DNA from: Candidatus Methylomirabilota bacterium | GTDB lineage: Bacteria; Methylomirabilota; Methylomirabilia; Rokubacteriales; CSP1-6 | Length of the DNA stretch: 64,000 nt | Direction: 5' to 3' | NCBI GenBank assembly: GCA_036265915.1 | Contig: DATAOC010000040.1 | Coordinates: 10,571-74,570, forward strand | In this document: piece by piece, positions 26,675 to 36,728 of the stretch | How positions within the stretch are numbered: position 1 is the first letter of the stretch | How the letters are laid out: each line of letters opens with the position of its first letter | Translations under genes and position numbers: made by a program | The notes under the pieces: model-generated | What the model saw: only the letters and a program-made list of their open reading frames with translations | Databases searched by the model: none | Told to the model about the DNA's origin: nothing

Positions 26675-27430
26675 TCAGGAGTAATTCGGGGTGCGTTTCT
26701 CGAGAAAGGCGCGGACGCCCTCCTTGAAGTGCGCGCTGCGCCGCACGCGATCGCCGAGCTCCTGCTCGAGCGCCTCGCGGGACATCGCGTGGTCCGCGAT
26801 GGTGCTGCTGATCTGCTGCTTCACCGCTTGCACGGCGGCCGGGCTGTTGGCCGCGATCGTCTCCGCCGTCTCCAGCGCCCACGCCATGAGCCGGTCGGCC
26901 GGCACCACGCGGTTCACCAGCCCGATGCGTGCGGCCTCCGTCGCATCGATGAGCCGTCCGGTCAGCAGGAGCTCCATCGCGTGCACGTGGCCGATTTGCT
27001 GCACGAGCTTCACGGTGGCGCCGCCGAACGGATAGATCGACCAGCGGACTTCCGGCAGTCCGAAGCGCGCATGCGGCGCGGCCGCTCGCACGTCGGTCGA
27101 GAGCAGCAGCTCGAGCCCGCCGGCCACGCAGTCGCCGTTGACGGCCGCCACGATCGGCTTGGCGTACGGCCGGTTCTTGAGCAGCGCGTGGCTGACCATG
27201 CGCGCCATCGCCGGCTCGGCGGAGAGATCGCCGCTCACGTCGGCGCCCGCGCTGAACGCGCGCTCGCCCGCGCCGGTCAGCACGATGCACCGGCAGGCGT
27301 CGCGCTCGAGGCGATCCCACAGGGCGGCCAGCTCGGCCATCATCGCGCGCGGCATCGCGTTGCGGCGCGGCTGGTTGTCGATGGTCACCACGACGACGTG
27401 GGGCCCGTGCGGCTCCGCGCGCAGCTCCAT
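26675..27430 (-). CDS. Enoyl-CoA hydratase/isomerase (crotonase fold)
   Basis: 251 aa. ...GAGERAFSAGADV... oxyanion-hole motif. ATG 27430 overlaps the upstream stop. Confidence 0.85.
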   Translation of the reverse strand: MELRAEPHGPHVVVVTIDNQPRRNAMPRAMMAELAALWDRLERDACRCIVLTGAGERAFSAGADVSGDLSAEPAMARMVSHALLKNRPYAKPIVAAVNGDCVAGGLELLLSTDVRAAAPHARFGLPEVRWSIYPFGGATVKLVQQIGHVHAMELLLTGRLIDATEAARIGLVNRVVPADRLMAWALETAETIAANSPAAVQAVKQQISSTIADHAMSREALEQELGDRVRRSAHFKEGVRAFLEKRTPNYS

Positions 27431-28413
27431 CAGCCGCGCCGCTCCGGCACGACGATGATCTTGCCGTGCGCCTTGCGGTCGGTGAGCAGGCGGATCGCGT
27501 CGGTTCCGCGGGAGAGCGGCAGCCGGTGCGTGACCAGCGGCCGTACGCGGCCGGCCGCGTACCAGGCGAGCAGCTCGTCCACCGAGCGCTGCAGCTTGTC
27601 CGGCGCGTGCCAGCGGAAATAGCGGAGGGACGAGCCGAGCGCCGCGCGATGCTTCACGAGCAGACGGTTGGCCGGGATGCTCGGGATGCCGCCGACGAAG
27701 CCGATCAGCAGTATCCGGCCCCCCCAGCCGAGTGACGAGAGCGCGGCGTCGAACAGGTCGCCGCCGACGGGATCGAAGCACACGTCGGCGCCCTTGCCGT
27801 CGGTGAGCGCCATCACGCGCTCCGTCAGCTTCTCGGTGGCGTAATCGATGGTGGCATCGGCCCCGTGCTCGCGCGCCACCGCCAGCTTGGCCGCGGTGCT
27901 CGCGGCGGCGATGACGCGCGCGCCCATCGCCTTGCCGATCTCGACCGCCGTCAGGCCGACGCCACCCGCCGCGCCGAGCACGAGCAGCGTCTCGCCCGCT
28001 TCGAGCCGGCCCTGCCACCGGATCGCGACGTGGCTCGAGAGGTAGGCGATCGGAAACGCGCCCGCCTGGTCGAACGGCATCGCGTCGGGGATCGCGAACG
28101 TCTCGGCCTCGTCGGCGAGCGCCTGCTCGGCAAAGCCGCCGTAAGCGAGAATGGCCATGACGCGGTCGCCGGCGCGGAAGCGCGTGACGCCCTCGCCGCA
28201 GCGGGCCACCACGCCGGCCGTCTCCAGGCCGGGGCTGAAGGGAAATTCCGGGCGCGTCTGGTACTTGCCGGCGACCATGATGGCATCGGCGTAGTTCACG
28301 CCGGTGGCCGCGACGTCGATCACCAGCTGGCCGGGCTCCGGCGTCGGCGGCGGCAGCTCTTCGAGCTTCAGGTCGTCCACGGGTCCCCATGCGCGACAGA
28401 CGAGGGCTTTCAT
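27430..28413 (-). CDS. NADPH:quinone oxidoreductase / zinc-type medium-chain dehydrogenase
   Basis: 327 aa. MKALVCRAWGP.... ...VLGAAGGVGL... cofactor motif. Confidence 0.85.
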   Translation of the reverse strand: MKALVCRAWGPVDDLKLEELPPPTPEPGQLVIDVAATGVNYADAIMVAGKYQTRPEFPFSPGLETAGVVARCGEGVTRFRAGDRVMAILAYGGFAEQALADEAETFAIPDAMPFDQAGAFPIAYLSSHVAIRWQGRLEAGETLLVLGAAGGVGLTAVEIGKAMGARVIAAASTAAKLAVAREHGADATIDYATEKLTERVMALTDGKGADVCFDPVGGDLFDAALSSLGWGGRILLIGFVGGIPSIPANRLLVKHRAALGSSLRYFRWHAPDKLQRSVDELLAWYAAGRVRPLVTHRLPLSRGTDAIRLLTDRKAHGKIIVVPERRG

Positions 28414-28479
28414 CGTCCCGGAAGCATACACGGGAGCGCTCGCTTGCGGGATGGCCGCGGGCGATGCAGACTTCGCCCG

Positions 28480-29529
28480 ATGCGCGTTCGCGTCCACATG
28501 CGCGTTCCCGGCACCGCGCCGATGCCCGAGCTCATGCGCCTCATCGGCGGGATCGAGCGTGCGGGCTTCGATGGCGCCGGCATCCTGGACAGCCAGCTCC
28601 TGTCGCGCGACACGTTCGTCGTGCTCGCACAGGCGGCGACGCACACGTCGCGACTGGAGCTGTTTCCCGCAGTGACGAATCCGCTGACGCGTCACGCCTC
28701 CGTCCTGGCCGGCGCCATCCAGAGCGTCGAGGAGCTGGCGCCGGGGCGCGTCAAGTTCGTGATGGGCACCGGCTACACGTCCGCCAGCACGATCGGCCGC
28801 CGCCCGGCCACGCTGTCGGAGATGCGCGAGTGCCTGCTGCGCGTGCGCGCGCTCCTCGCCGGCGACGCCGTCGACTTCGGCGGCACGCCGGGCCGCCTCG
28901 CGTTCGCCGCGAAGCGACCGATCCCGCTGATCATGGCCGCGTCGGGGCCGAAGGCGATCGAGCTCGCGGGCGAGGTCGCCGACGGCGTGCTGTTGCTGGT
29001 CGGCTTCAATCAGGGCATCGTCACGCGCGCGCTCGAGCACCTCGAGCGAGGGGCCAGGCGCGGCGGCCGGCGGCTCGCGGACCTCGAGATCATCTGGGCG
29101 GTGCGCATCGCGACAGCGCCGACCACGGCCGAGGCGCGGCGACTGGCGCGGCCGACGGCCGTGCACTGGGGCGTCCTGCGCTGGGGCGGACACTGGCTCG
29201 AGCCCGCCGGCGTGCGGCTGCCGAAGCTCGAGATCCCGGCCGCCGTTCACGCGGTCTACCCGGACCTCTCGCACGCGCACGACTGGGAAGCGGCCATCGC
29301 CGCCACCGCCTTCGTCTCCGACGACGTGGTCGCCGAGCTGTGCGATGCCCTCGGCCTCGTCGGCGCGCCGGCCGAGTGCGGCGCGCGCATCGCGGCGATG
29401 ACGAAGCTCGGCGTCCGGAACCTCTACTTGATGCCCGTGCTGACGTTCGCGCCGCCGCAGCAAGAGATCGCCGCGTTCCGCGACGTCGTCTTCCCGCGGC
29501 TGCGCGAGCTTGGCCTCAGAGCGCCCTGA
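28480..29529 (+). CDS. LLM-class flavin/F420-dependent oxidoreductase (luciferase-like)
   Basis: ...AGFDGAGILDSQL... and the TIM-barrel LLM pattern. Start taken after the divergent upstream gene. Confidence 0.8.
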   Translation: MRVRVHMRVPGTAPMPELMRLIGGIERAGFDGAGILDSQLLSRDTFVVLAQAATHTSRLELFPAVTNPLTRHASVLAGAIQSVEELAPGRVKFVMGTGYTSASTIGRRPATLSEMRECLLRVRALLAGDAVDFGGTPGRLAFAAKRPIPLIMAASGPKAIELAGEVADGVLLLVGFNQGIVTRALEHLERGARRGGRRLADLEIIWAVRIATAPTTAEARRLARPTAVHWGVLRWGGHWLEPAGVRLPKLEIPAAVHAVYPDLSHAHDWEAAIAATAFVSDDVVAELCDALGLVGAPAECGARIAAMTKLGVRNLYLMPVLTFAPPQQEIAAFRDVVFPRLRELGLRAP

Positions 29530-30967
29530 GGAAGGCCACCAGGTCGGCCTTCTGCTGGTCGCTGAGCTTCAGCTCGAAGCGGTTGTCGTAGAAGTTCACC
29601 ACCTCGGCCAGCGTGGCGGCGGCGCCGTTGTGGAAGTACGGAGCGCGCCCGGACAGGCCGCGCAGGATCGGTCCCTTGAATCGCCCGATGTCGCTCCACT
29701 TGCCGGTGATCAGCGCCCGGCCGGGATCCGTGGTCACCTTCGTCCGGCGCGTCGTCTTGTTCCGCAACGTGTACACGGGCATGTCGCCGACGACGAGGCC
29801 GAAGCGATTGCGCAGGCTGCCGCGCACCGGCGGGTCGGCGACGCCGATGTCGAGTGGCGCCGGCACCGAGTGGTCCCCGGCGTGCGGCGTGTCGTGGCAG
29901 GTGCTGCACGTCCCCGTCACGACGCGCACGTTGAAATCGTCGTTGATGCCGGCCACGTTCGTGATCCTGATCGGTAGCGTGTTGAACAGCGTCTCGCCGC
30001 GGGCGATGGCCGCGCGTGCCTCGTCGCGAGCGCTGCCGCGCGCGCCCTGCCAGCCCTCGAACTCGGTGAAGACGACAGGGTCGAAGTTCGGGTTCTTCCC
30101 GGTGCAGTTCGCTCCGTTGGCGTCGCAGCCGAGCGGATCGTTGCCACCGAATTCGAACGGCTCCGTCGCAAGGACGTCCGGCCCGCCCGCCGCGCCGTCC
30201 GCCGCCAGGTTGCCCGCGCGCCGGTCGACGAGCTGGGCGGTGAAGAGCCCGAGCTCGTAGTTGACGATGGCGCCGCGCTGCGCGGGCGCGACGTCGTTCG
30301 GCGACTGCGCGTGCCCGGTGGTCGCGTCGTTCGCCTGCTTCGAAAGATCGAAGTGGATCGCCGCCGCGTTGCCCCGCTGGTCGGTCTCGCGCCCGTCCCA
30401 CATGACCGTGCTGAGGAAGGTCAGGTTGGTGGAGGGCAACGGACGTCGAAAGAGCGACAGCTCCGTGCTGCTGGCGAACCGGTAAGGGTCGTCCACGCGC
30501 ACGAGCTCGAACTCGGCGCCCGGCGGAATGCCCATGCCGACGCGGATCACGCCCTTGGTGAGCAGCATGCTGTAGGCCGCCAGCCGGGCGAGCGGCGTCG
30601 AGACGTCGGCCTCCGGAGAATTTGCGCCGTCGTTCGTCCGGAAGATCGGATCGGTGCCGCCCGTGCTCAGGAAGCGCGCCCGGACGGCGGCCGGCGTGAT
30701 CGTCATGTTCGTCTTCGGATCGTGGCAGGTGACGCAGCGGCGCCCGTTGCTCCCGAGCTCCTGGTAGAACGGGTTGCCGTCGTCCACCACGGGGCCGCCC
30801 ACGTGAATCGTCCGCGCCACGCCGGCGTCGTTCCGCGACTCGACGCTGGAGTCGCCCGAGGACGCCGGGCCGGCGGCGCGCGCGGCGGACGCGACGAGCG
30901 CGGCGAGCGCGGCGACGAAGAGGACCGGAATGATCGACACTGCAGACGCGCGAGTGGTGAATCGCAT
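29516..30967 (-). CDS. Secreted di-haem c-type cytochrome oxidoreductase (CCP/MauG-superfamily or DUF1111-like)
   Basis: Signal peptide. Two CxxCH motifs (CVTCHD, CSTCHD) about 260 aa apart. 483 aa. Confidence 0.7.
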   Translation of the reverse strand: MRFTTRASAVSIIPVLFVAALAALVASAARAAGPASSGDSSVESRNDAGVARTIHVGGPVVDDGNPFYQELGSNGRRCVTCHDPKTNMTITPAAVRARFLSTGGTDPIFRTNDGANSPEADVSTPLARLAAYSMLLTKGVIRVGMGIPPGAEFELVRVDDPYRFASSTELSLFRRPLPSTNLTFLSTVMWDGRETDQRGNAAAIHFDLSKQANDATTGHAQSPNDVAPAQRGAIVNYELGLFTAQLVDRRAGNLAADGAAGGPDVLATEPFEFGGNDPLGCDANGANCTGKNPNFDPVVFTEFEGWQGARGSARDEARAAIARGETLFNTLPIRITNVAGINDDFNVRVVTGTCSTCHDTPHAGDHSVPAPLDIGVADPPVRGSLRNRFGLVVGDMPVYTLRNKTTRRTKVTTDPGRALITGKWSDIGRFKGPILRGLSGRAPYFHNGAAATLAEVVNFYDNRFELKLSDQQKADLVAFLRAL

Positions 30968-31093
30968 CGGATCTCCCTCGAGAAAAACGGAGTCGGCGGC
31001 TGTTCGGCGCTTACATCGCACGAGGTGCCAAGCGTCGTCAAGCACCAGGGGCCGGCCGGCGGCTCGCGGCCGACCGCCACGCTCGAGGCCGGC

Positions 31094-31702
31094 TCAGAGC
31101 GCGATCAGACCCTGACGGACACCGACCGCCACGGCCTCGGTGCGGCTGCGCGCGCGCAGCTTGTCGAGCACCGAGGCGACGTGGAACTTCACCGTGTTGC
31201 GGGAGATCTTGAGCCGGATGGCGATCGCGCGATTGCTGAGCCCCTCCGCCATCATCTCCAGAACCTCGACCTCGCGCGATGTCAGCGCGCTCGCCGTGCC
31301 GTCCGCGCCGGCGGTCGCGGGCCCGGCGAGCGCGTCGGGATCGACGACGAGCAGCCCCGCCCGCGTCGCGGCCACCGCCGCGGACAGCTCGTCGGGGCCG
31401 GCGTCGGCGCGGAGCACGGCGCGCACGCCGGCGCGACGAAGACGCGCCGTCCAGGCGGCGCGCGGCGCCGACGTCACCAGCACGATCGCCGGGGGCGGCG
31501 CCAGCCGGAGGCCGTCGAGTAGCCGAATGGCGGTCGCCAGCGGCATCGCGAGGATGACGACCGCCGTCGGATGCCGAGCACGCAACGCGTGCAGCGCGCC
31601 GGCCTCGATCACGGAGACGGAAAAGCTCGCGTTCGCGCGCAGCATCGCTTCCGTGCGGGCTCCGGTCACCGCCGTGTCGGCGACGACGAAGACGGACGTC
31701 AC
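31094..31702 (-). CDS. LuxR/FixJ-family transcriptional regulator with an atypical (pseudo-)receiver domain
   Basis: C-terminal HTH (...LTSREVEVLEMMAEGLSNRAIA...). N-terminal receiver-like domain whose phospho-acceptor position is Ala (VVILAMPL). GTG start overlaps the upstream stop (GTGA). Confidence 0.7.
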   Translation of the reverse strand: MTSVFVVADTAVTGARTEAMLRANASFSVSVIEAGALHALRARHPTAVVILAMPLATAIRLLDGLRLAPPPAIVLVTSAPRAAWTARLRRAGVRAVLRADAGPDELSAAVAATRAGLLVVDPDALAGPATAGADGTASALTSREVEVLEMMAEGLSNRAIAIRLKISRNTVKFHVASVLDKLRARSRTEAVAVGVRQGLIAL

Positions 31703-32265
31703 GGCGCTGTCAGCCCCGCCGCTCGCGCGAACGCGATGACCCGCGCGACCGGCACCGCCAGCGCGAGGCCGCCGGCGACCATCGCGTTGAGTCCGACGAC
31801 GGCGCCCGACACGTCGGCGAGCGGGCCACCCGAGTTGCCGGGCGCCAGCCGCACGTCGGCGTGAATCCACGGCACGCCGCCCGGTACGATCGGCGCCATG
31901 GCGTGGACGATGCCGGTGGTCACCGCGCCGCGCACCCCGAGCGGGTGACCGACGGCGACCACCAGCGAGCCGACGCGCGCCGGCGTCGTCGCGAGCGTCG
32001 CAGGGGCCAAGCCGGTGCCGCCGACCTCGAGCAAGGCGAGGTCCGCTTCGCGGTCACGCGCCACGATGCGGGCGGCGAGACGGACACCATCCATCAATCG
32101 TATCGCCACGCGCGGTGTGCCGACGACGTGCGCGCTCGTCACCACGTGGCCCCGCGGCCACAGGACCCCCGAGCCGAGCCCGCCACGCTCGCCGCTGATC
32201 TCCACCGTGATGCGGCGCAGCGCCTCCGCCACGCCGGCGAAGTCGAGCGCCGCGTCGGGCATCAT
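31699..32265 (-). CDS. Trypsin-like serine protease domain protein (S1C, no PDZ)
   Basis: His (TSAHVV), Asp (DLALL) and Ser (GNSGGPL) of a chymotrypsin-fold triad. ATGA overlap with the upstream gene. Confidence 0.75.
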   Translation of the reverse strand: MMPDAALDFAGVAEALRRITVEISGERGGLGSGVLWPRGHVVTSAHVVGTPRVAIRLMDGVRLAARIVARDREADLALLEVGGTGLAPATLATTPARVGSLVVAVGHPLGVRGAVTTGIVHAMAPIVPGGVPWIHADVRLAPGNSGGPLADVSGAVVGLNAMVAGGLALAVPVARVIAFARAAGLTAP

Positions 32266-33119
32266 CGGGGCGAGCGTTCGCCGACGGTCACGGAGACGTC
32301 ACGCGGCTCGCCGCCCCGCACGATCGCCGCGACGACCGCCTGTCCGACCTGCTGGGGGCGCAGCACGGCTCGCAGATCCAGCGGCTCGGTGACGGCGGCG
32401 CCGCCGACCGCCACGACGATGTCGCCGATGAGCAGGCCGGCGCGCGCGGCCGGGCTGTCGGGCTGGACATCGACCACGATGACCGCCGTGCGCTGCTCGG
32501 TGCCGAGCCGCGTGCGCAGCGCCTCGCCCAGGCGCACCTGCTGGGTACCGACGCCGAGGTACGGCCGCGGCAGGTGACCGCGCCGCAGCAGCTCCTGCAC
32601 GGTGCGCTCGACCGTCGCCGCCGGGATGGCGAGCTGCAGATGGCGGCCGGAGCCGGAGGTCGTGATTCCCGCGACATGTCCGCGGACGTCCACGAGCGGG
32701 CCGCCCGAGAAGCCCGGATAGAGCGTGAGGTCGAGGCGCAGGACACTGTCGTCGATGGCGCTGATCACGCCCCAGCTCGCGCGCGGGCCACGGCCGACCG
32801 CGAGCACGATGTGGCCCACACGCGGTGCATCCGACGCGACGTCGGCGACGGCGAGGGGGCCGCCGTCGATCCGCAGCACGGCGAGGTCGATGGCGGGGTC
32901 GCGGCCGGCGACGGTCGCGGATATCGTCCGGCCGTCCGGCGCGGTGACGGTCACGTCCTCGTCGAGCTCGACCGTATGGTCCGCCGTGACGACGAGGCCC
33001 GACCGCCAGTGCACGCCGGTGGACCCGACACGGCGCCGGCCGTTGACGCCCACGACGGCGCGGCTCGCATGCTCGACCGCGCCCGCAAGATCGTTGGAGA
33101 GGCTCAGTAGTGTGTTCAT
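32262..33119 (-). CDS. HtrA/DegP-like serine protease with a C-terminal PDZ domain
   Basis: TADHTV, DLAVLRI, GFSGGPL triad. PDZ-like ...GLLIGDIVVAVGG.... Confidence 0.8.
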   Translation of the reverse strand: MNTLLSLSNDLAGAVEHASRAVVGVNGRRRVGSTGVHWRSGLVVTADHTVELDEDVTVTAPDGRTISATVAGRDPAIDLAVLRIDGGPLAVADVASDAPRVGHIVLAVGRGPRASWGVISAIDDSVLRLDLTLYPGFSGGPLVDVRGHVAGITTSGSGRHLQLAIPAATVERTVQELLRRGHLPRPYLGVGTQQVRLGEALRTRLGTEQRTAVIVVDVQPDSPAARAGLLIGDIVVAVGGAAVTEPLDLRAVLRPQQVGQAVVAAIVRGGEPRDVSVTVGERSPR

Positions 33120-33239
33120 GCCGTCAGCATGCGCGCCGACGTGCGAGCAGGGAACCGCCCGAACGGACGGGCCCGGTCGTGCAAAGGACGCTCCGACGAG
33201 GCACAATATCGGCTCAACCACCCGTTGAAGGAGCCGCAC

Positions 33240-33719
33240 ATGGCGAAGGTCAAGCCGATCCCCGAGGGTCACAACAGCGTGTCACCCTATCTGATCGTGG
33301 ACGGTGCGGAGCGCGCGCTCGATTTCTACAAGAAGGCGTTCGGCGCCACGGAATTGTTCCGACACGGCGGTCCGGACGGCAAGATCGGCCACGCCGAGGT
33401 GCGCATCGGCGACACCGTCGTCATGCTGGCCGATGTTCACCCGGAGTTCGACGCCAACGGTCCCCGCCATTTCGGCGGCTCGCCGGTCAGCCTGCATCTG
33501 TACGTCGAGGACGTCGACGCCGTCGCGGGGCGCGCCATTGCGGCCGGCGCCAAGGTGAAGCGGCCGGTGGCCGACCAGTTCTACGGCGACCGTCTCGGAA
33601 CGCTGGAGGACCCGTTCGGCCATACCTGGCACGTCTCGACGCACATCGAGGACGTCTCCGCCGAAGAGCTCGGCCGCCGCGCGGCCGCGGCGATGCAGGA
33701 CCGGAAGAAGAGCTCGTAA
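33240..33719 (+). CDS. VOC-family (glyoxalase/bleomycin-resistance/PhnB-like) protein
   Basis: SD AAGGAG 7 nt before the ATG. Paired beta-alpha-beta-beta-beta modules. Confidence 0.75.
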   Translation: MAKVKPIPEGHNSVSPYLIVDGAERALDFYKKAFGATELFRHGGPDGKIGHAEVRIGDTVVMLADVHPEFDANGPRHFGGSPVSLHLYVEDVDAVAGRAIAAGAKVKRPVADQFYGDRLGTLEDPFGHTWHVSTHIEDVSAEELGRRAAAAMQDRKKSS

Positions 33720-33730
33720 GGAGGCTCGAC

Positions 33731-34738
33731 ATGCGCGCGGATCGCGTGATCTCGACCATCGACTTCCACACCGCGGGCATCGGCATGCGTCTGGTCACGA
33801 GCGGCGTTGGCCGCCTGCCGGGCGACACCATCGCCGACAAGCGGCGCTGGTTCCAGGAGCACCTCGATCATCTGCGCACGGGCCTCTGTCTGGAGCCGCG
33901 CGGGCATCGCGGGATGCTCATCGCCGTCATGACCGAGCCGGTCACGCCGGCCGCGCAGTTCGGGCTGTTCTTCATCTACCCCGGCGGGTACTACGTCTCG
34001 TGCGGCGAGGGCACGATCGGTGCGGCCACGGTGGCCGTCGAGACGGGCATGGTGCCGCGCGCCGGCGCCGAGACGACGATCGTCATCGACACCGAGGCAG
34101 GGCCGGTCGAGACGCTCGCCCGCTCGGATGGTGATCGCGTGAGCGCGGTCACGCTCAGGTGGGCGCCCTCGTTCGTCGCGCTCGCGGAACAGCCGGTGGA
34201 GGTGGAGAGCGTCGGCGAGCTCGCGGTAAACATCGCGGTCGGGGTCGGCAACGTCTTCGCGGTGGTCGAGGCCGACGCGCTCGGCGTTCGCGTGCGGCGC
34301 GAGCAGGCGCGGCGCATCGCCCAGCGCGGCATGGCCGTGCGCGAGGCGGTCAACGCGCAGCTGCAGGTCGACGTGCCCGGCCTCGGCAAGACGAGCGTCG
34401 ACAACGTGCTCGTCCACGAGCTGCCGGATCGCGATCGCGTGTCGCCGAACGCGCTCGTCTGGGGCCCCGGCCAGGTGGATGCGGCGCCGTGCGGCTCGGG
34501 CACCTGCGCGCGCATGGCGCTGTTCCACGCGCGCGGCCTGCTGGGCGTGGGGGAGACGTTCACGAGCCGGGGGCTGCTCGGCCTCGATTTCACCGGGCGG
34601 ATCGCCGGCGAGACGACTGTGGAGGGTCGGCGCGCCATCCTGCCCGAGGTCACCGGCACCGCATATCTCACCGGCTTCGGGCAGGTGCTGTTCGATCCCA
34701 CCGATCCGCTGCGCACGGGTTACCTGCTGGACGCGTGA
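33731..34738 (+). CDS. Proline racemase / 4-hydroxyproline 2-epimerase family protein (both catalytic Cys present)
   Basis: SD AAGGAGG. ...YYVSCGEGTIG... and ...APCGSGTCARMA... (Cys/Cys, i.e. a racemase/epimerase rather than a dehydratase). Confidence 0.85.
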   Translation: MRADRVISTIDFHTAGIGMRLVTSGVGRLPGDTIADKRRWFQEHLDHLRTGLCLEPRGHRGMLIAVMTEPVTPAAQFGLFFIYPGGYYVSCGEGTIGAATVAVETGMVPRAGAETTIVIDTEAGPVETLARSDGDRVSAVTLRWAPSFVALAEQPVEVESVGELAVNIAVGVGNVFAVVEADALGVRVRREQARRIAQRGMAVREAVNAQLQVDVPGLGKTSVDNVLVHELPDRDRVSPNALVWGPGQVDAAPCGSGTCARMALFHARGLLGVGETFTSRGLLGLDFTGRIAGETTVEGRRAILPEVTGTAYLTGFGQVLFDPTDPLRTGYLLDA

Positions 34739-34748
34739 GGAGCTCGCG

Positions 34749-35999
34749 ATGAAGACGCTCGTGCTCGGTGGCGGGGTGGTCGGCGTCACGACCGCGTACT
34801 TCCTGGCCAAGGCGGGCCACGAGGTGATGCTGCTGGAGCAGCAGGAGGAGCTCGGACTCGAGGCGACCGGAGGCAACGCCGGCATCATCGCGCCCGGTCA
34901 CTCGTTCGCGTGGGCCTCGCCGCGCGCGCCGCGCATGCTGTGGCAGTCGCTGCGCGGCGGTGAGACGGCCATCCGCCTGCGTCTGTCGGCTGACCCTCAG
35001 CTCTACACCTGGGGGCTGCGGTTCCTGCGCGAGTGCACGTCCGAGCGCGCGCGGCGCAACACGCTCGTGAAGCTGCGGCTGTGCCAGTACAGCCAGCGCG
35101 TGCTCAACGACGTCGTGCGCGCCGAGGCCATCGAGTACCACGCCATCACGCGGGGCGCGCTCTACCTGCACCGCGACCCGGCCGAGCTCGAGGCGGGCAT
35201 CAAGAAGATGGCGCTGCTCGCCGAGCACGGACAGAAGCAGGAGATCCTCGACGCCGCGGGCGTTGCGCGCCTGGAGCCGGCCTTCGAGCCCGTGAAGTCC
35301 AAGATCGCCGGCGCCATCCGCGACGTCGGCGACTCGAGCGGCGACTCGCGCCTGTTCACGCAGGAGCTCGGCCGCGTCGCGCGCGACAAGCACGGCGTCA
35401 GCATCCGGCTCGGCACGCGCGTCAACGCGCTCCGCGCGGATGGCGACCGCATCGCGGGCGTGGTGACGAGCGCCGGCGTGCTCACCGCCGACAGCTACGT
35501 GCTCGCGCTGGGCGTCGGGGCGCCGGCGGTGGCGCGCACCGCGGGCGTGCGGCTGCCGATCTATCCGGCCAAGGGCTACTCGTCGACGTTCCCGCTCAAG
35601 GCCGGTGGGCTGGCGCCCAGCATCTCCGGCGTCGACGAGCAGTGGCTGGTCGGCTGGTCGCGGCTCGGAGACCGGCTGCGGCTGACCTCCACCGCGGAGT
35701 TCGCCGGCTACGACTGGGGCTGGACGCCGCGCGACTTCAACAACATCCTGCGCCTGGCGCGTGATCTGTTTCCCGACGCCGCGGAGTACGATCGCGGCGA
35801 GTACCGTGCGTGCCTGCGGCCGATGACGCCCGACGGGCCACCCATTCTCGGCGTGGGCCGGCACCGAAACCTGTTCTTCAACTGTGGACACGGCCACATG
35901 GGGTGGACGATGGCATGCGGCACCGCCCGCATCGTGACCGACCTCATGACCGGTCGCATGCCGGAGCTCGACCTGGAGGGTCTCACCGTCCGGCGCTGA
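34749..35999 (+). CDS. FAD-dependent D-amino-acid dehydrogenase family oxidoreductase (DadA-like; could be D-hydroxyproline dehydrogenase)
   Basis: MKTLVLGGGVVGVTTAYFLAKAG dinucleotide-binding motif. SD GAGGAG. Confidence 0.85.
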   Translation: MKTLVLGGGVVGVTTAYFLAKAGHEVMLLEQQEELGLEATGGNAGIIAPGHSFAWASPRAPRMLWQSLRGGETAIRLRLSADPQLYTWGLRFLRECTSERARRNTLVKLRLCQYSQRVLNDVVRAEAIEYHAITRGALYLHRDPAELEAGIKKMALLAEHGQKQEILDAAGVARLEPAFEPVKSKIAGAIRDVGDSSGDSRLFTQELGRVARDKHGVSIRLGTRVNALRADGDRIAGVVTSAGVLTADSYVLALGVGAPAVARTAGVRLPIYPAKGYSSTFPLKAGGLAPSISGVDEQWLVGWSRLGDRLRLTSTAEFAGYDWGWTPRDFNNILRLARDLFPDAAEYDRGEYRACLRPMTPDGPPILGVGRHRNLFFNCGHGHMGWTMACGTARIVTDLMTGRMPELDLEGLTVRR

Positions 36000-36015
36000 A
36001 CCGGGCGCCGCCGCG

Positions 36016-36723
<708 letters not shown>

Positions 36724-36728
36724 CAGGG

